64,000 bases of DNA from a bacterium. GTDB lineage: Bacteria; Hinthialibacterota; Hinthialibacteria; Hinthialibacterales; Hinthialibacteraceae. Positions 50,950 through 60,739 of this stretch are shown in pieces. The notes below the pieces were generated by a model. That model saw only the letters and a list, made by a program, of their open reading frames with translations. It searched no databases and was not told where the DNA came from. The stretch's first letter is position 1. Each line of letters opens with the position of its first letter. The stretch is from positions 12,390 to 76,389 of the forward strand of contig JBHGBC010000014.1 in NCBI GenBank assembly GCA_041946805.1. Reading direction: 5' to 3'. The position numbers and the translations under genes were made by a program.

Positions 50950-52140
50950 TCACGGAAACTCCCTCACCAGCCGCAGGCCGTAATACCGGAAGCGGACATC
51001 CCCCGATACGGCAAAGCGGGAGGCGGAGCGGCACAAGATAGATTCGTGGAACCAGCTGCCGCCGCGCAGCACCCGGTACGTGCCATACGCCGGGCCGCGG
51101 GGATTGGTCTGGGCCTCCAGCGGGTAGGGGTTGGACCAGTCCGAGCACCATTCGAACACGTTCCCGGCCATATCATACAATCCCCAGGCATTCGGCTGTT
51201 TGGAACCCACCGGCATCGTTTCGGTGGTGTTGCCCACATACCAGGCGTAGGGATCGATGGCCTTGGCGTCGTCACCCCAGTAAAAACGCGTGGCGGTCCC
51301 CGCCCGGCAGGCGTATTCCCATTCCGCCTCGGTCGGATGGCGGAATTTCCCTACGTACTTTTGATTCAAGCGGCGGATGAACTCCAGACCGTCGCGGTAG
51401 GACAACTGATCGACGGGATTGTCCGGCCGGCCGGGAAACGTGGAGGGATTGGTCCCCATGACCGCCTCCCATTGCGCCTGGGTGATTTCGTATTGGCTGA
51501 TATAAAAATCATACGTGAGCGTCACCTGGTGCTGGGGCAGTTCGTCGTCGTCATGATCGGGGTCCGTGGCGGGCGATCCCATCAGAAAGCGGCCGGACTT
51601 GATCAGCACCATTTCCAGCGGTTGGGCCCCCGCGGCCAGATTGGGCAAGGGCACGATGATCGTGTCGCCCAATTTTCCGGGGACCGGCACGGGCGTGGGC
51701 GTGGGGACGACCGCTCGCCGGCTGTTTCGATACAGCAGCAGGTCTCCGCCGCCAATGGAAGTATCGTGATTCAAGTCGCGGGGATCGCCGAACGGCGACG
51801 CCATGCGGAGTTTCCAGCCCTCCGTGAACAAGGCCAAGTCCAGAAAATTGGCGCGCCGGTCGAAGTTGACATCGGACGGCCAGGTTTCCGGCAGGGTGGA
51901 GAGGGAGAGATATATACTCAAATCCAACGCGTCGATGAGGCCGTCGCGGTTGAGATCCAGTTCGGGATAGGGAGAATCGGCGGTCCGGGTATTCCATGCC
52001 GCGGCGAAATGTTCCAGATCCAGGGCGGAAATGGCGCGAAGCAGGGGCGGACGCGGGGACTCGGTGCCGGAAACGTTCGGAACCGGGAGGCAACCCAGCC
52101 AGAGAAACACGAGAATCCCCAGCGGGAAAAGCGGCCGCAT
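50950..52140 (-). CDS. Secreted FGE-sulfatase-fold protein with dockerin/EF-hand-like repeats
   Basis: DLNRDGLIDALD, DVNFDRRANFLD, DLNHDTSIGGGD; PTPTP linker; FLMGS, PTEAEWEYACRAG, GNVFEW, RGGSW. Start uncertain. Confidence 0.85.
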   Translation of the reverse strand: MRPLFPLGILVFLWLGCLPVPNVSGTESPRPPLLRAISALDLEHFAAAWNTRTADSPYPELDLNRDGLIDALDLSIYLSLSTLPETWPSDVNFDRRANFLDLALFTEGWKLRMASPFGDPRDLNHDTSIGGGDLLLYRNSRRAVVPTPTPVPVPGKLGDTIIVPLPNLAAGAQPLEMVLIKSGRFLMGSPATDPDHDDDELPQHQVTLTYDFYISQYEITQAQWEAVMGTNPSTFPGRPDNPVDQLSYRDGLEFIRRLNQKYVGKFRHPTEAEWEYACRAGTATRFYWGDDAKAIDPYAWYVGNTTETMPVGSKQPNAWGLYDMAGNVFEWCSDWSNPYPLEAQTNPRGPAYGTYRVLRGGSWFHESILCRSASRFAVSGDVRFRYYGLRLVREFP

Positions 52141-52575
52141 CGTTGACGGCCATCCCATGAACGAGGCGCGCGCCATCATTGGATACCGATGAGTTCCCTT
52201 CCATTTTCCCGGGCACGAGGGCCGTTGCGTCATCGATGCCTGGTTCCTCCCAACATGTTCATTTCGATGAAAACAAGTTCATCCGGCAGTACGTACTGGT
52301 CAGGAAAAAAGTTCTCCACCGGTTCCATCATGCGAGAGGACACATGGATCCTCTCCTACAACATTCCCTCACCCTGATCCTCTCCCAGAGGGAGAGGGAA
52401 TTCATTACTTTGGTCCTGACCTACCCACGGCTGAAGCTCTGGGCAAGTTTAAATTCATCGTCTGCGCTCAAAAAGCAGGACTGCCAACCGGTAAATCGTT
52501 GCGATAAAAAGTGTTCTCCGGGATCCACACCATCCACCTCATTCTGACGAAATCCGGACGGGATGGCAAGATGAC

Positions 52576-53706
52576 ATGTCTCAGGAAAACGGAAGCGCGC
52601 GCACCGGGAAGGAGAAACATGAACCTTTATCTTTACGGACAGCCCACCTAGAATCGTACGCAACTTGGCGAGCCGAGGGATTCGTTGGATTTGAGGTGGC
52701 GCTTATGGGTTATATCGAAAAGCATTCCATCCAGACCGAAGCGGACGCGATCCAGTTTCTCAAGAGCAACATCCGCGCGAAGGCCGCGCTGGAGAACACG
52801 CTGGACTACACGGGGGAAGGAGACTCGCCGTTCACCACGATCCGGAACACATTGATCGCCATCAAGGAGATCGAGGACCATTTCCGGGAAAGCACGTCCT
52901 GGGAGTTGGAATATTGGCTGGGCCGCGGATTTTCCTGGTGCGGCGAACACTACAGTTCGATCGATCATTTCGAGCGGGCCTACCGGCTGTCGGAAGGGCA
53001 ATTGGAGAATCAAATCCCCGCCGCCCGGAAAAAGAAGGACGACGCGGCCGACCGCAACGACATCGCCTACGCGGCGGGCGAGGCGTGCCTCAAGGTGGGC
53101 CACGCGTCGTTCATCGGCAAGGCCATCGAACATCTGCGGAAGCTGTACGAGAATTGCGCCGGCTATCATCCCGGCATTGCGCGCCTGGCGGAAGCCTATT
53201 TCGAGGCGGAACGGTTCATGGAAGCCGCGGCCGTGGCCGAGGACGCGCATACCCGGATGAAGAACGATCCGCAGGGCGCCGCACAGGTGGATAATCCCCG
53301 GGCGATGACCATCCTGCTGTCGAAATGCTATTCCCGCGAAGCCCTGCGCCTGCGGGACCTGGGTGAGATTCCCAAGGTAGTGGAAGTGCTGGAACAAGCC
53401 CGCGCCAAGGGGCTTATCAAGCCGATCGACATGGAATTGCTGAAACGGCTCCAGAAGCAGGAGAAAATCCTGACCACCGAACGCCGGCATCTGGAGCAGA
53501 TCCTCACCAGCAAACCGGTTATGTTCATCATCCGCCGGGAACTCAAAAAACACTTTCCCGATGTGACCTTCGACTACGAAGCGATCCGCAAGGAGTTGCT
53601 GCGCCGGATGGGCGCCGATTCGCAACCGGCAGAACATGAACCATCGGCCGCCCCGGTCAAACCGGAGGCCGTGGAACCGGTTTCCGAAGGCCTGCCGGAA
53701 GCATAA
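52576..53706 (+). CDS. Hypothetical TPR-like protein
   Basis: Long ORF with typical codon usage; YWLGRG..HFERAY and RLAEAYF helical repeats. Confidence 0.65.
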   Translation: MSQENGSARTGKEKHEPLSLRTAHLESYATWRAEGFVGFEVALMGYIEKHSIQTEADAIQFLKSNIRAKAALENTLDYTGEGDSPFTTIRNTLIAIKEIEDHFRESTSWELEYWLGRGFSWCGEHYSSIDHFERAYRLSEGQLENQIPAARKKKDDAADRNDIAYAAGEACLKVGHASFIGKAIEHLRKLYENCAGYHPGIARLAEAYFEAERFMEAAAVAEDAHTRMKNDPQGAAQVDNPRAMTILLSKCYSREALRLRDLGEIPKVVEVLEQARAKGLIKPIDMELLKRLQKQEKILTTERRHLEQILTSKPVMFIIRRELKKHFPDVTFDYEAIRKELLRRMGADSQPAEHEPSAAPVKPEAVEPVSEGLPEA

Positions 53707-53784
53707 TGGAGATGGGAGGATTGCCGGAAAAGTCAAGTGGATTGAGACTCGCACAATCCACCCAAAACCGCCTGTTCCGCGAAT

Positions 53785-54918
53785 TCATTCCTTCCCCTGG
53801 CTTCCTTTAAGCCAACGGGCGGCCCAGCGGGGATAATCTTTCGCCAACAGGCTGTCGGGGGATTCGGTGTACCAGCTGTAACCGGCGCGCCGTTCGTGTT
53901 CGATCCCGGCCAGCGAATACTTGATGATTCCATCCCGGCCGCAGAATATCGGGCGGTTGGTCCCGATCTCGTAAAACCGCGCCCACAGCGGCGGCGCGGC
54001 GGGATCCTCGATGATCACCTTGTCGTACCCCCCCGGCAAGGAAGTATCTTCCTTGCGGATCTGGCGGATCCCGGTGAGTTTGACCCGCTCGAACCACGCC
54101 ACCGCGCCCTGCACGGCCTCGATCACCGGCGGCGGCGGATTGTCGATCTCCATCAACAAACGGACGACGCCCACGCTTTCCGATCCGCTGAGCGAGATCT
54201 TTTCGTAACTCCGGGCGGGCGCGGGCCGCAGGGTTTTCTCGTCATGCTGGGCGCACCAGGCGGTGCGCCGGCCGTCCACGATGACCTGGCACCGCAGGAT
54301 GCACTCGATGCCTTTCTGAACCGCCGCGGCCGCTTTCACCCGGCGGGCCTCATCCACGAAAGCGTACACGGGGGCGCCGCGGCCGATCTCGCGCAGCAGC
54401 CGCATCACGCCGGTCATGGCATTGTCGTTGAACGTGATATGCAAGGGATAACCGCTCTGGAAAGGCGACTGCGGCCAGCCGCCGTTTTCATACTGCATGG
54501 CCAGGAGAAAATCCAGTCCCTTCAGGAAGGCTTGCTGGAACCGTTCTTCTTTTGTGGCATTGAAAACCCGGGCCAGGAATTCGAGTTGGGTATACGTGGC
54601 CCCGTTATCGATCGTGCCGGCTTTTCTCTCTCTCTTTTTTTGGAGCAATGCGTCGCGTTCACTTTCACTCAATGGTTCCGCCATATCCAGGTTTTTCGGC
54701 CAGCCGCCTATGTCCAATTGATAGAGCCGCACGTTGTCCGCGATGCGCGCCGCTTCTTCGCTCTGGTACCAGGCATCCTCCTGGCGCAGGCAATCCTTCC
54801 ATGCCACGCGCGTATCATCGCCTTGTCTCTCAGCGGCCGCACCGGAAAACACAATCCCGCTCGGAAACCAAAGCAGGCAGCCGATACCTATTCTCATGAT
54901 GGTTTTCGAGGATTTCAT
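53785..54918 (-). CDS. pelA: Pectate lyase, family PL10
   Basis: GGWPKN, TIDNGAT, GGWPQ, ITFNDNAM, WCAQHD, PAPARSYE, WARFYE, ERRAGYSW; signal peptide. Confidence 0.92.
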   Translation of the reverse strand: MKSSKTIMRIGIGCLLWFPSGIVFSGAAAERQGDDTRVAWKDCLRQEDAWYQSEEAARIADNVRLYQLDIGGWPKNLDMAEPLSESERDALLQKKRERKAGTIDNGATYTQLEFLARVFNATKEERFQQAFLKGLDFLLAMQYENGGWPQSPFQSGYPLHITFNDNAMTGVMRLLREIGRGAPVYAFVDEARRVKAAAAVQKGIECILRCQVIVDGRRTAWCAQHDEKTLRPAPARSYEKISLSGSESVGVVRLLMEIDNPPPPVIEAVQGAVAWFERVKLTGIRQIRKEDTSLPGGYDKVIIEDPAAPPLWARFYEIGTNRPIFCGRDGIIKYSLAGIEHERRAGYSWYTESPDSLLAKDYPRWAARWLKGSQGKE

Positions 54919-55088
54919 ATTTCCTTCCCTCCTCGAGGATTTGTCCAAGCCATTCCCACGCGATTTCTCCCCATGAAACGGGGATCGGATCATTGTACCG
55001 CCGGCGGCGCGATGGGCGCAAATCCCCTCCCCGCCTTGCCCGGGAGAGGTTGACATGAGCCCTCCGGTATGCTCGAATGGATCGTAAA

Positions 55089-55103
55089 TAAGAATTATTC
55101 TTT
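55089..55103. promoter_or_regulatory. Fur/PerR-like 7-1-7 box upstream of rubrerythrin
   Basis: TAAGAAT-T-ATTCTTT, a near-perfect palindrome about 40 nt before the ATG. Confidence 0.55.
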
Positions 55104-55140
55104 TTTAACAACTCCATTCATACTACAAAGGAAGCGCCTC

Positions 55141-55641
55141 ATGACCACACAAAAAAATCTCCAGGACGCCTTCGCCGGCGAAAGCCAGGCCAACCGGAAA
55201 TATCTCGCCTTCGCCATGAAAGCCGAACAAGACGGCTATCCCCAGGTCGCCCGCCTGTTCCGGGCGGCGGCGGAAGCGGAAACCATTCACGCGCACGCTC
55301 ACCTGCGGGCGATGGAAGGGATCCACGGCACCGCGGAGAACCTCCAAGCGGCCGTGGAAGGCGAACGCTACGAATATCAGGAAATGTATCCCATCTTTTT
55401 GTCTGAAGCGCGGGAGGAAGGCCACAAACGCGCCGCGCAGAGTTTCGAATTCGCCTGTGCCGCGGAGGAAGTACATTTCAACCTGTACCGGCAAGCGTTG
55501 CGGGCCGTTCAGGCGGGCCAGGATTTGGAGTCCCAAGTGATTTACCTCTGTCCGGTGTGCGGAACTTTGGAGATCGGCCGGGCGCCGGACAAATGCCCCA
55601 TCTGCAACACCGCCGGGGAGAAATTCATCGCCATCTCGTGA
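55141..55641 (+). CDS. rbr: Rubrerythrin
   Basis: NLQDAFAGESQANRKY, ETIHA, EEVH, CPVCG...CPIC. Confidence 0.93.
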   Translation: MTTQKNLQDAFAGESQANRKYLAFAMKAEQDGYPQVARLFRAAAEAETIHAHAHLRAMEGIHGTAENLQAAVEGERYEYQEMYPIFLSEAREEGHKRAAQSFEFACAAEEVHFNLYRQALRAVQAGQDLESQVIYLCPVCGTLEIGRAPDKCPICNTAGEKFIAIS

Positions 55642-55860
55642 GCTGTGAAATCCATTCATTCCCCCGGATGGCGCCTTTCCGTCCTTCCCGTCTTTTCGCG
55701 CTTTTGTCCAATCCGTCCTTGCTTGTCACTTCAGGGGGGATTGCGCCAAACGCAACCCGGTATGTCTTCAAGGGGAATGACGCCACGGCGTAATTGGATT
55801 ACGATTGACTTTCCAATCATTCACGGGAGAGTTTCCAATCATTCACGGGAGAGAACGGCC

Positions 55861-56358
55861 ATGTACGAAAAAAGCATTGAATTGTTGAACAAAGCCGCGG
55901 CGGATGAACTCGCCGCCGTGCATCAGTATATGTATTTCCATTTTCATTGCGACGACCAGGGTTACGACCTGCTCGCGGCCCTGTTCAAGCGGACGGCGAT
56001 CGAGGAGATGCTGCATATCGAGCGCATCGCGGAACGTATCTTGTTTTTGAAAGGCGACGTGGTCCTGAAAGCCTCGGCGGAAGTGGACCCCATCCGTGAG
56101 GTCCAGGCCATGCTCCAATTCGCGGTGCGGTCGGAACAGCAGGCGATCCGGGATTACAACCTCTGGGCGGTGGAATGCGCGCAGAACGCCGATTCGGCCT
56201 CCAAGAAGGTTTTCGAAGACCTGGTGATCGACGAGGAACGCCATTTCGACCAGTTCGATACCGAACTCGAGAACCTCGCCAAATTCGGGGAACGCTACCT
56301 GGCCTTGCAGTCGATCGAACGCAGCAAGAGCCGGGCCGCGGGCGTTCCGGCGGAATAA
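55861..56358 (+). CDS. bfr: Bacterioferritin
   Basis: DELAAVHQY, EEMLH (heme Met), ERILFL, DEERH. Confidence 0.88.
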   Translation: MYEKSIELLNKAAADELAAVHQYMYFHFHCDDQGYDLLAALFKRTAIEEMLHIERIAERILFLKGDVVLKASAEVDPIREVQAMLQFAVRSEQQAIRDYNLWAVECAQNADSASKKVFEDLVIDEERHFDQFDTELENLAKFGERYLALQSIERSKSRAAGVPAE

Positions 56359-56375
56359 AAAAGGGGCACGCGCAT

Positions 56376-56403
56376 AAAAAAAGGCGCCGCGGTGCGGCGC
56401 CTT
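56376..56403 (-). terminator. Rho-independent terminator between convergent bfr and vWA genes
   Basis: AAGGCGCCGC-GGT-GCGGCGCCTT stem with an A-run on its left (U-tract on the minus strand). Confidence 0.7.
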
Positions 56404-56439
56404 GTCCAACCATCATGGAATCAGCATAGGGAAGGAATA

Positions 56440-57927
56440 TTATTTCTTCCCGGGATTGACGACCACCACTTCACAATCCGCTTCGGAGACGTTGCCGCAG
56501 CAATCCGTGGCCACGACATGCCATGTGATGTGGTCATTGACGCCGCCGCTGTCCCAAATCGTGATGCAGTTGCCATCGATCGTCACTTCGCAGGATTCAC
56601 CCTTGTCGATGACCTTCCCGTTCGATTTGATTTCATAGCAACGGAAACCGGTGATCACGACCTCGGGCGCGTCCCCGCAGCACACGTCGTCGGCCGTCAT
56701 GCAGAACGTGATCGGCGCGTCGGGCGGAATGATGGTGCCGGGATTCGTGCAGTTGATGGTGGGGGCCGTGGTATCCACGACGGTCAACGTGCATTCGGTC
56801 TGGCTGGTATTGCCGGAGGCATCCGTGGCCGTGAAAACGGCCGTATATGTCCCCGCGCCGGAATTGCCGCAATTGGGATCGGGAGTGAAACCGGTCAAAC
56901 TGCCGTCGATGGTGTCGACCGAGCAATTGTCGGTGGCGGATGCGCCGAACAACGGGCTGGAGGGATCATGCAGCCAAGCTTCGATATCGGCCAGGTTCCC
57001 CGCGCCGTCGCACTCCACCGGTCCCACGCTGTTGCAGCTGATTTGCGGATCTTCCGTATCCTCGACCACCACGGTGCATTGAATGACGAGAGGATTGGGC
57101 GAGTAGCCGTCCGCCGAGGCCGTTACCGTGACATCCGTTGATCCCACGGGATAGGGACCGTCCGGATCACAATCCAGGGCGAGCCCCACGACCGGATCGC
57201 CAAAAAGATCGACGACGGAGACGATCGAATCGCAAGACACCGTGGCTTCGCACGCGCCGGGATCGTTCGGATACACATTGACCGTGCACGCGCCGACCAG
57301 AATGCTGTGCATGCACTCATGGCACAGCTCGGCGAAATCGGCAAACTCACCCACGAAGAATTCTCCGCCGGTGTCATTGGCGCACTGCTGCAATTCATCC
57401 TCGCCGGCCTCATCCGCCCCCACCGCAATGGCGCAGATGGGAATCGTTCCGGCGGAGCTGCAGGGGGTATCCGTATCGCCGGCATTGGCCGCGCCGTCAC
57501 CGATGAGGATGATGTGATCTTGATCGGTTCCGCCAGCCAACAAGCCTGCGGCGGAATCGATGCCGGCTTCGATATTCGTCGATCCGGTACCCACGATCCG
57601 GTCCGAAAGCAGGCCTTGCAACAGATCGCACATGGATTGCTTGTTGGAACTATTCAAGGATGTGATGGCCTGGACCACCGCGGACGAAGATCCGTACACC
57701 ACGATCCCGACGCCGATTTTGTCATCCCCGGCCGCCGCCATTTCTTCCAGGCATTCGCAAAGTCCGTCCACCTCCAGCTCCAATTCGGCATTATCGATAC
57801 TCCCGGATACGTCGATGGTCAACACGACATCCGTGATGGTGTCCGCATGGCTCACAAAAGCGAAAGCCATCGGCAAACAAAGACCGACCGCCAAGCCCAG
57901 CATGGATTTGAATGTTGATTTCAACAT
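56440..57927 (-). CDS. Secreted Cys-rich acidic vWA + HYR-repeat protein
   Basis: Signal peptide; MIDAS DVSGS, STNIEAGI, IGDG; HYR-like DTEDPQISC, ATDNCS, FTATDASGN, DTTAPTINC. Confidence 0.85.
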   Translation of the reverse strand: MLKSTFKSMLGLAVGLCLPMAFAFVSHADTITDVVLTIDVSGSIDNAELELEVDGLCECLEEMAAAGDDKIGVGIVVYGSSSAVVQAITSLNSSNKQSMCDLLQGLLSDRIVGTGSTNIEAGIDSAAGLLAGGTDQDHIILIGDGAANAGDTDTPCSSAGTIPICAIAVGADEAGEDELQQCANDTGGEFFVGEFADFAELCHECMHSILVGACTVNVYPNDPGACEATVSCDSIVSVVDLFGDPVVGLALDCDPDGPYPVGSTDVTVTASADGYSPNPLVIQCTVVVEDTEDPQISCNSVGPVECDGAGNLADIEAWLHDPSSPLFGASATDNCSVDTIDGSLTGFTPDPNCGNSGAGTYTAVFTATDASGNTSQTECTLTVVDTTAPTINCTNPGTIIPPDAPITFCMTADDVCCGDAPEVVITGFRCYEIKSNGKVIDKGESCEVTIDGNCITIWDSGGVNDHITWHVVATDCCGNVSEADCEVVVVNPGKK

Positions 57928-58268
57928 GTTTTTTCTCCATTTTTTTCTGAGGTTTTGTGTGCCGGAACAAGATGCTATAATAAAAAATACGTGCATTGGT
58001 ACGAATGAAAATACGTACCAGTTGACACCCGGCTGAGAAGTACTGATCGTGATGGGTTGGATACTTCTCAGCCGCTTTCATTTGGCCCTGGCCGTGTTGT
58101 GCATGGATGGTCATTCAAGGGTGATCATTGGTTCTTCCTGGACCTCCTTTCAAAATATGGATACATCGTGTAATACCTCCTTTTCTCAACCATCTTGTTC
58201 TTTCCATGAAACTATCAGGAAGGATGAAAATTCCCGCTGTACAGAGGATGACTTTTTACCGGAGCGTC

Positions 58269-58784
58269 CTATCTGACCTTCTGAACCGCAGGCAATAACA
58301 GGCCGATCAGGACCGCTATGATGGCAATCACGACGAGGCCGGCGCCACCAAATGCCTGATCCCCAACGGCGATCGCGATAGCAGTCGTGTCTCCCTGAGT
58401 CTGCGCCAGGATCCGGACCGGCAGGCCGACATTTTCGGGATTGTTGGCCCGGGTCACCTCTCCCTTCATGGCAAACTGAACCTCGTTGCGGATCCGCTCC
58501 GTCGTTGCCGAGGTGATGGAAAAGTGGATATTGGCCTCGGGATGAACCGCATCGCTGGCGGTTCCGAAACCCTGCCCCGTCTCCATGTTCACCCGAAGGT
58601 CGAACGCCAGTTTCAAGTCTCCGGCAGGACCTGGCAGATCGCGGTTCCAGACTAAACCGTGCCCATACAGCACGTTCGCATCACCATCACGAGGACCACG
58701 GTCCGCTTCAACCGCCATCGGCATACCCGCTCCAGCCATCATCGTGGCTCCCGCCGCCTTTAGATAATCCCGTCGAGTTATCAT
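58269..58784 (-). CDS. Tat-signal protein ending in a pilin-like hydrophobic helix
   Basis: [20 protein letters not shown] Tat motif; C-terminus [28 protein letters not shown]. Confidence 0.85.
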   Translation of the reverse strand: [171 protein letters not shown]

Positions 58785-59587
58785 CGAATGTCTCCTTTTA
58801 TTTAATAGCCTCATCGGAAATCGATGAGTGAATTTCGGTGCGGGAACCCACCGAAGCCGATGCATAGTCTTGAACGAATACCTTGATGGAGATCCGGCCA
58901 ACGGCGATTCTCATATTGATCCATCAATCCATGACACAACTATCTCCAGGCTTTTATTATGTAGTTTTGTAACGGCTCAAAGGACTTCGATGAACCATTA
59001 AAAGGCCGCGCTGAATACCGGCGCGGTGTGCTTAAGATCGGCTGAGTTTTCGCGGAAGGCCGGTTCCTGCCTGTTCGCGCAAAGCGGGATGATATGGATA
59101 CAATCAATGAGCTTGTGGAGGTTTCCGGATGGTATGCATCTATCACCGCAACTCGACCATGGATTCAGGATTTTCCCTCTCCCTAGCGTTGGGACCGGAT
59201 GCCTCAGGGTGGTCCCGTTGTCCTCGCGTGGCGGAGTCTTGGTTCTTGCATTAATAAGACAGTTCATTCTATACAATGTTGATATATTAAGTCAAGATTA
59301 ATACGTTCAGAGAAGGTCATCGTGGCATAAGTTACATCAAATCAAGTAAATAAAGAGTTATAAATCCTCTCCGCCGATTTTCACGCAAGGGATTTTGTCC
59401 ACGGAAATCGGTTCCATGGCCGCCGGCTTGCCGCAACCGGTCCGCGCAGATTGGCCGCTGAACCTCCGCGCGGCATGAAATCCGGGGATGGTTGAAGGCG
59501 GCCAGCGGCCACGGATCGAAAAAGAAAAAGCCTCTTCCCCAATTGAAACGAGGGGGAAGAGGCTTTCCACACCATTCCCAAATGCTG

Positions 59588-60661
59588 CTATGGATGAACA
59601 ACCGCTTTAATGGGATTGCCTTTGCGGTCACGAACCGAGGCGATGGCTTCGCGCAGTTCCGACAGGGGGACATCGTGGGTGCGCAACAGGTCCACGTTCA
59701 CCAGGCCGGTGGAGATGGCTTGCAGAGCGGTGGGCCAGGTCAGGGGGGCCAGCCAGGAGAAGCGGATGGTCTTGTCCCAGAAGATGGATTTGAGCGCGGG
59801 GACCTTGACCACGGCGTCGTCGGCGGGCAGGCCGAAGTAGACGATGCGGGCGCGGCGGCCGGTGATGTCGAGGGCCTGCTCCATGGCGGGGACGGAGCCG
59901 GTGGCGACGATGCAGGCATCGGCGAACTTGCCGTTGGTCAGTTTTTCGATCTCTTTTTTGAGATCGGGCGTGTAGTAGGGGGAATTCTTATCGGCCGTGT
60001 TGAACAGAAGCTTTCCGCCGACTTTCTTGGCGATATCGAGCCGGTAGTCGAGCGTATCGACAATCACCACCTGGCCGGCGCCGCTGGATTTGATCAGTTG
60101 GAGCATCAAGGCGCCGATCACGCCCGCGCCCAGGACCACGGCGAAGTCGCCCAGCTGGATGCTCATGTTTTTGACGCCGTAGGTGGCGCAGGCCAGCGGT
60201 TCGGTGAGGGCGGCCTGTTCATAGGTGACGTTGCCGGGGATCTTGTGCACGCCGGTGTAGTGGGAAACGCAGTATTCGGCGAAACCTCCGTTGGTGGAGA
60301 CGCCAAGCACCTGTTTCTTTTCGCAGAGGTTCGGCATGCCGCGTTTGCAAATTTCACACGCATTGCAATACTGGACCGGATCGAGCACCACCCGTTCGCC
60401 TTTTTGGAACAGGCCCATTTTCTCGGGGATGGACCCGACCTCGGCCACCTCGCCCGTGAACTCGTGTCCCAGAATCAGCGGCCCCTTGCCGGTGGGGGTT
60501 TCGAGCGAACTCTGGCCGTAGTAATAGGCGACATCCGAACCGCAGATGCCGCAGGCCTTGACGCGCACTAAAACCTGTTCCGGGCCGGCCGTGGGGACCT
60601 CAACCGATTTGAGTTCCATTTTTTCCGGCTCGTAAAAGACTTGAGCAGCCATGGTTACCAT
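59588..60661 (-). CDS. Zn-dependent (MDR) polyol/sugar dehydrogenase
   Basis: CGICGSD, GHEFTG, CNACEIC..C, GGFAEY, EPLAC, GAGVIG. Confidence 0.9.
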   Translation of the reverse strand: MVTMAAQVFYEPEKMELKSVEVPTAGPEQVLVRVKACGICGSDVAYYYGQSSLETPTGKGPLILGHEFTGEVAEVGSIPEKMGLFQKGERVVLDPVQYCNACEICKRGMPNLCEKKQVLGVSTNGGFAEYCVSHYTGVHKIPGNVTYEQAALTEPLACATYGVKNMSIQLGDFAVVLGAGVIGALMLQLIKSSGAGQVVIVDTLDYRLDIAKKVGGKLLFNTADKNSPYYTPDLKKEIEKLTNGKFADACIVATGSVPAMEQALDITGRRARIVYFGLPADDAVVKVPALKSIFWDKTIRFSWLAPLTWPTALQAISTGLVNVDLLRTHDVPLSELREAIASVRDRKGNPIKAVVHP

Positions 60662-60739
60662 GATAACACCTCTTCTTCCATTTTCTTGGCGGTATGGTTC
60701 CGCCGGAGAGACCAGGATTTCCGATCCCTCCAGCCGGAT

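Noticed and set aside
55050..55073. TTGACA...TATGCT promoter for rbr
   Set aside because: The spacer is only 12 nt.
58900..59580. Short ORFs or a riboswitch in the AT-rich spacer
   Set aside because: No RBS-supported ORF or recognisable aptamer; probably promoter DNA.
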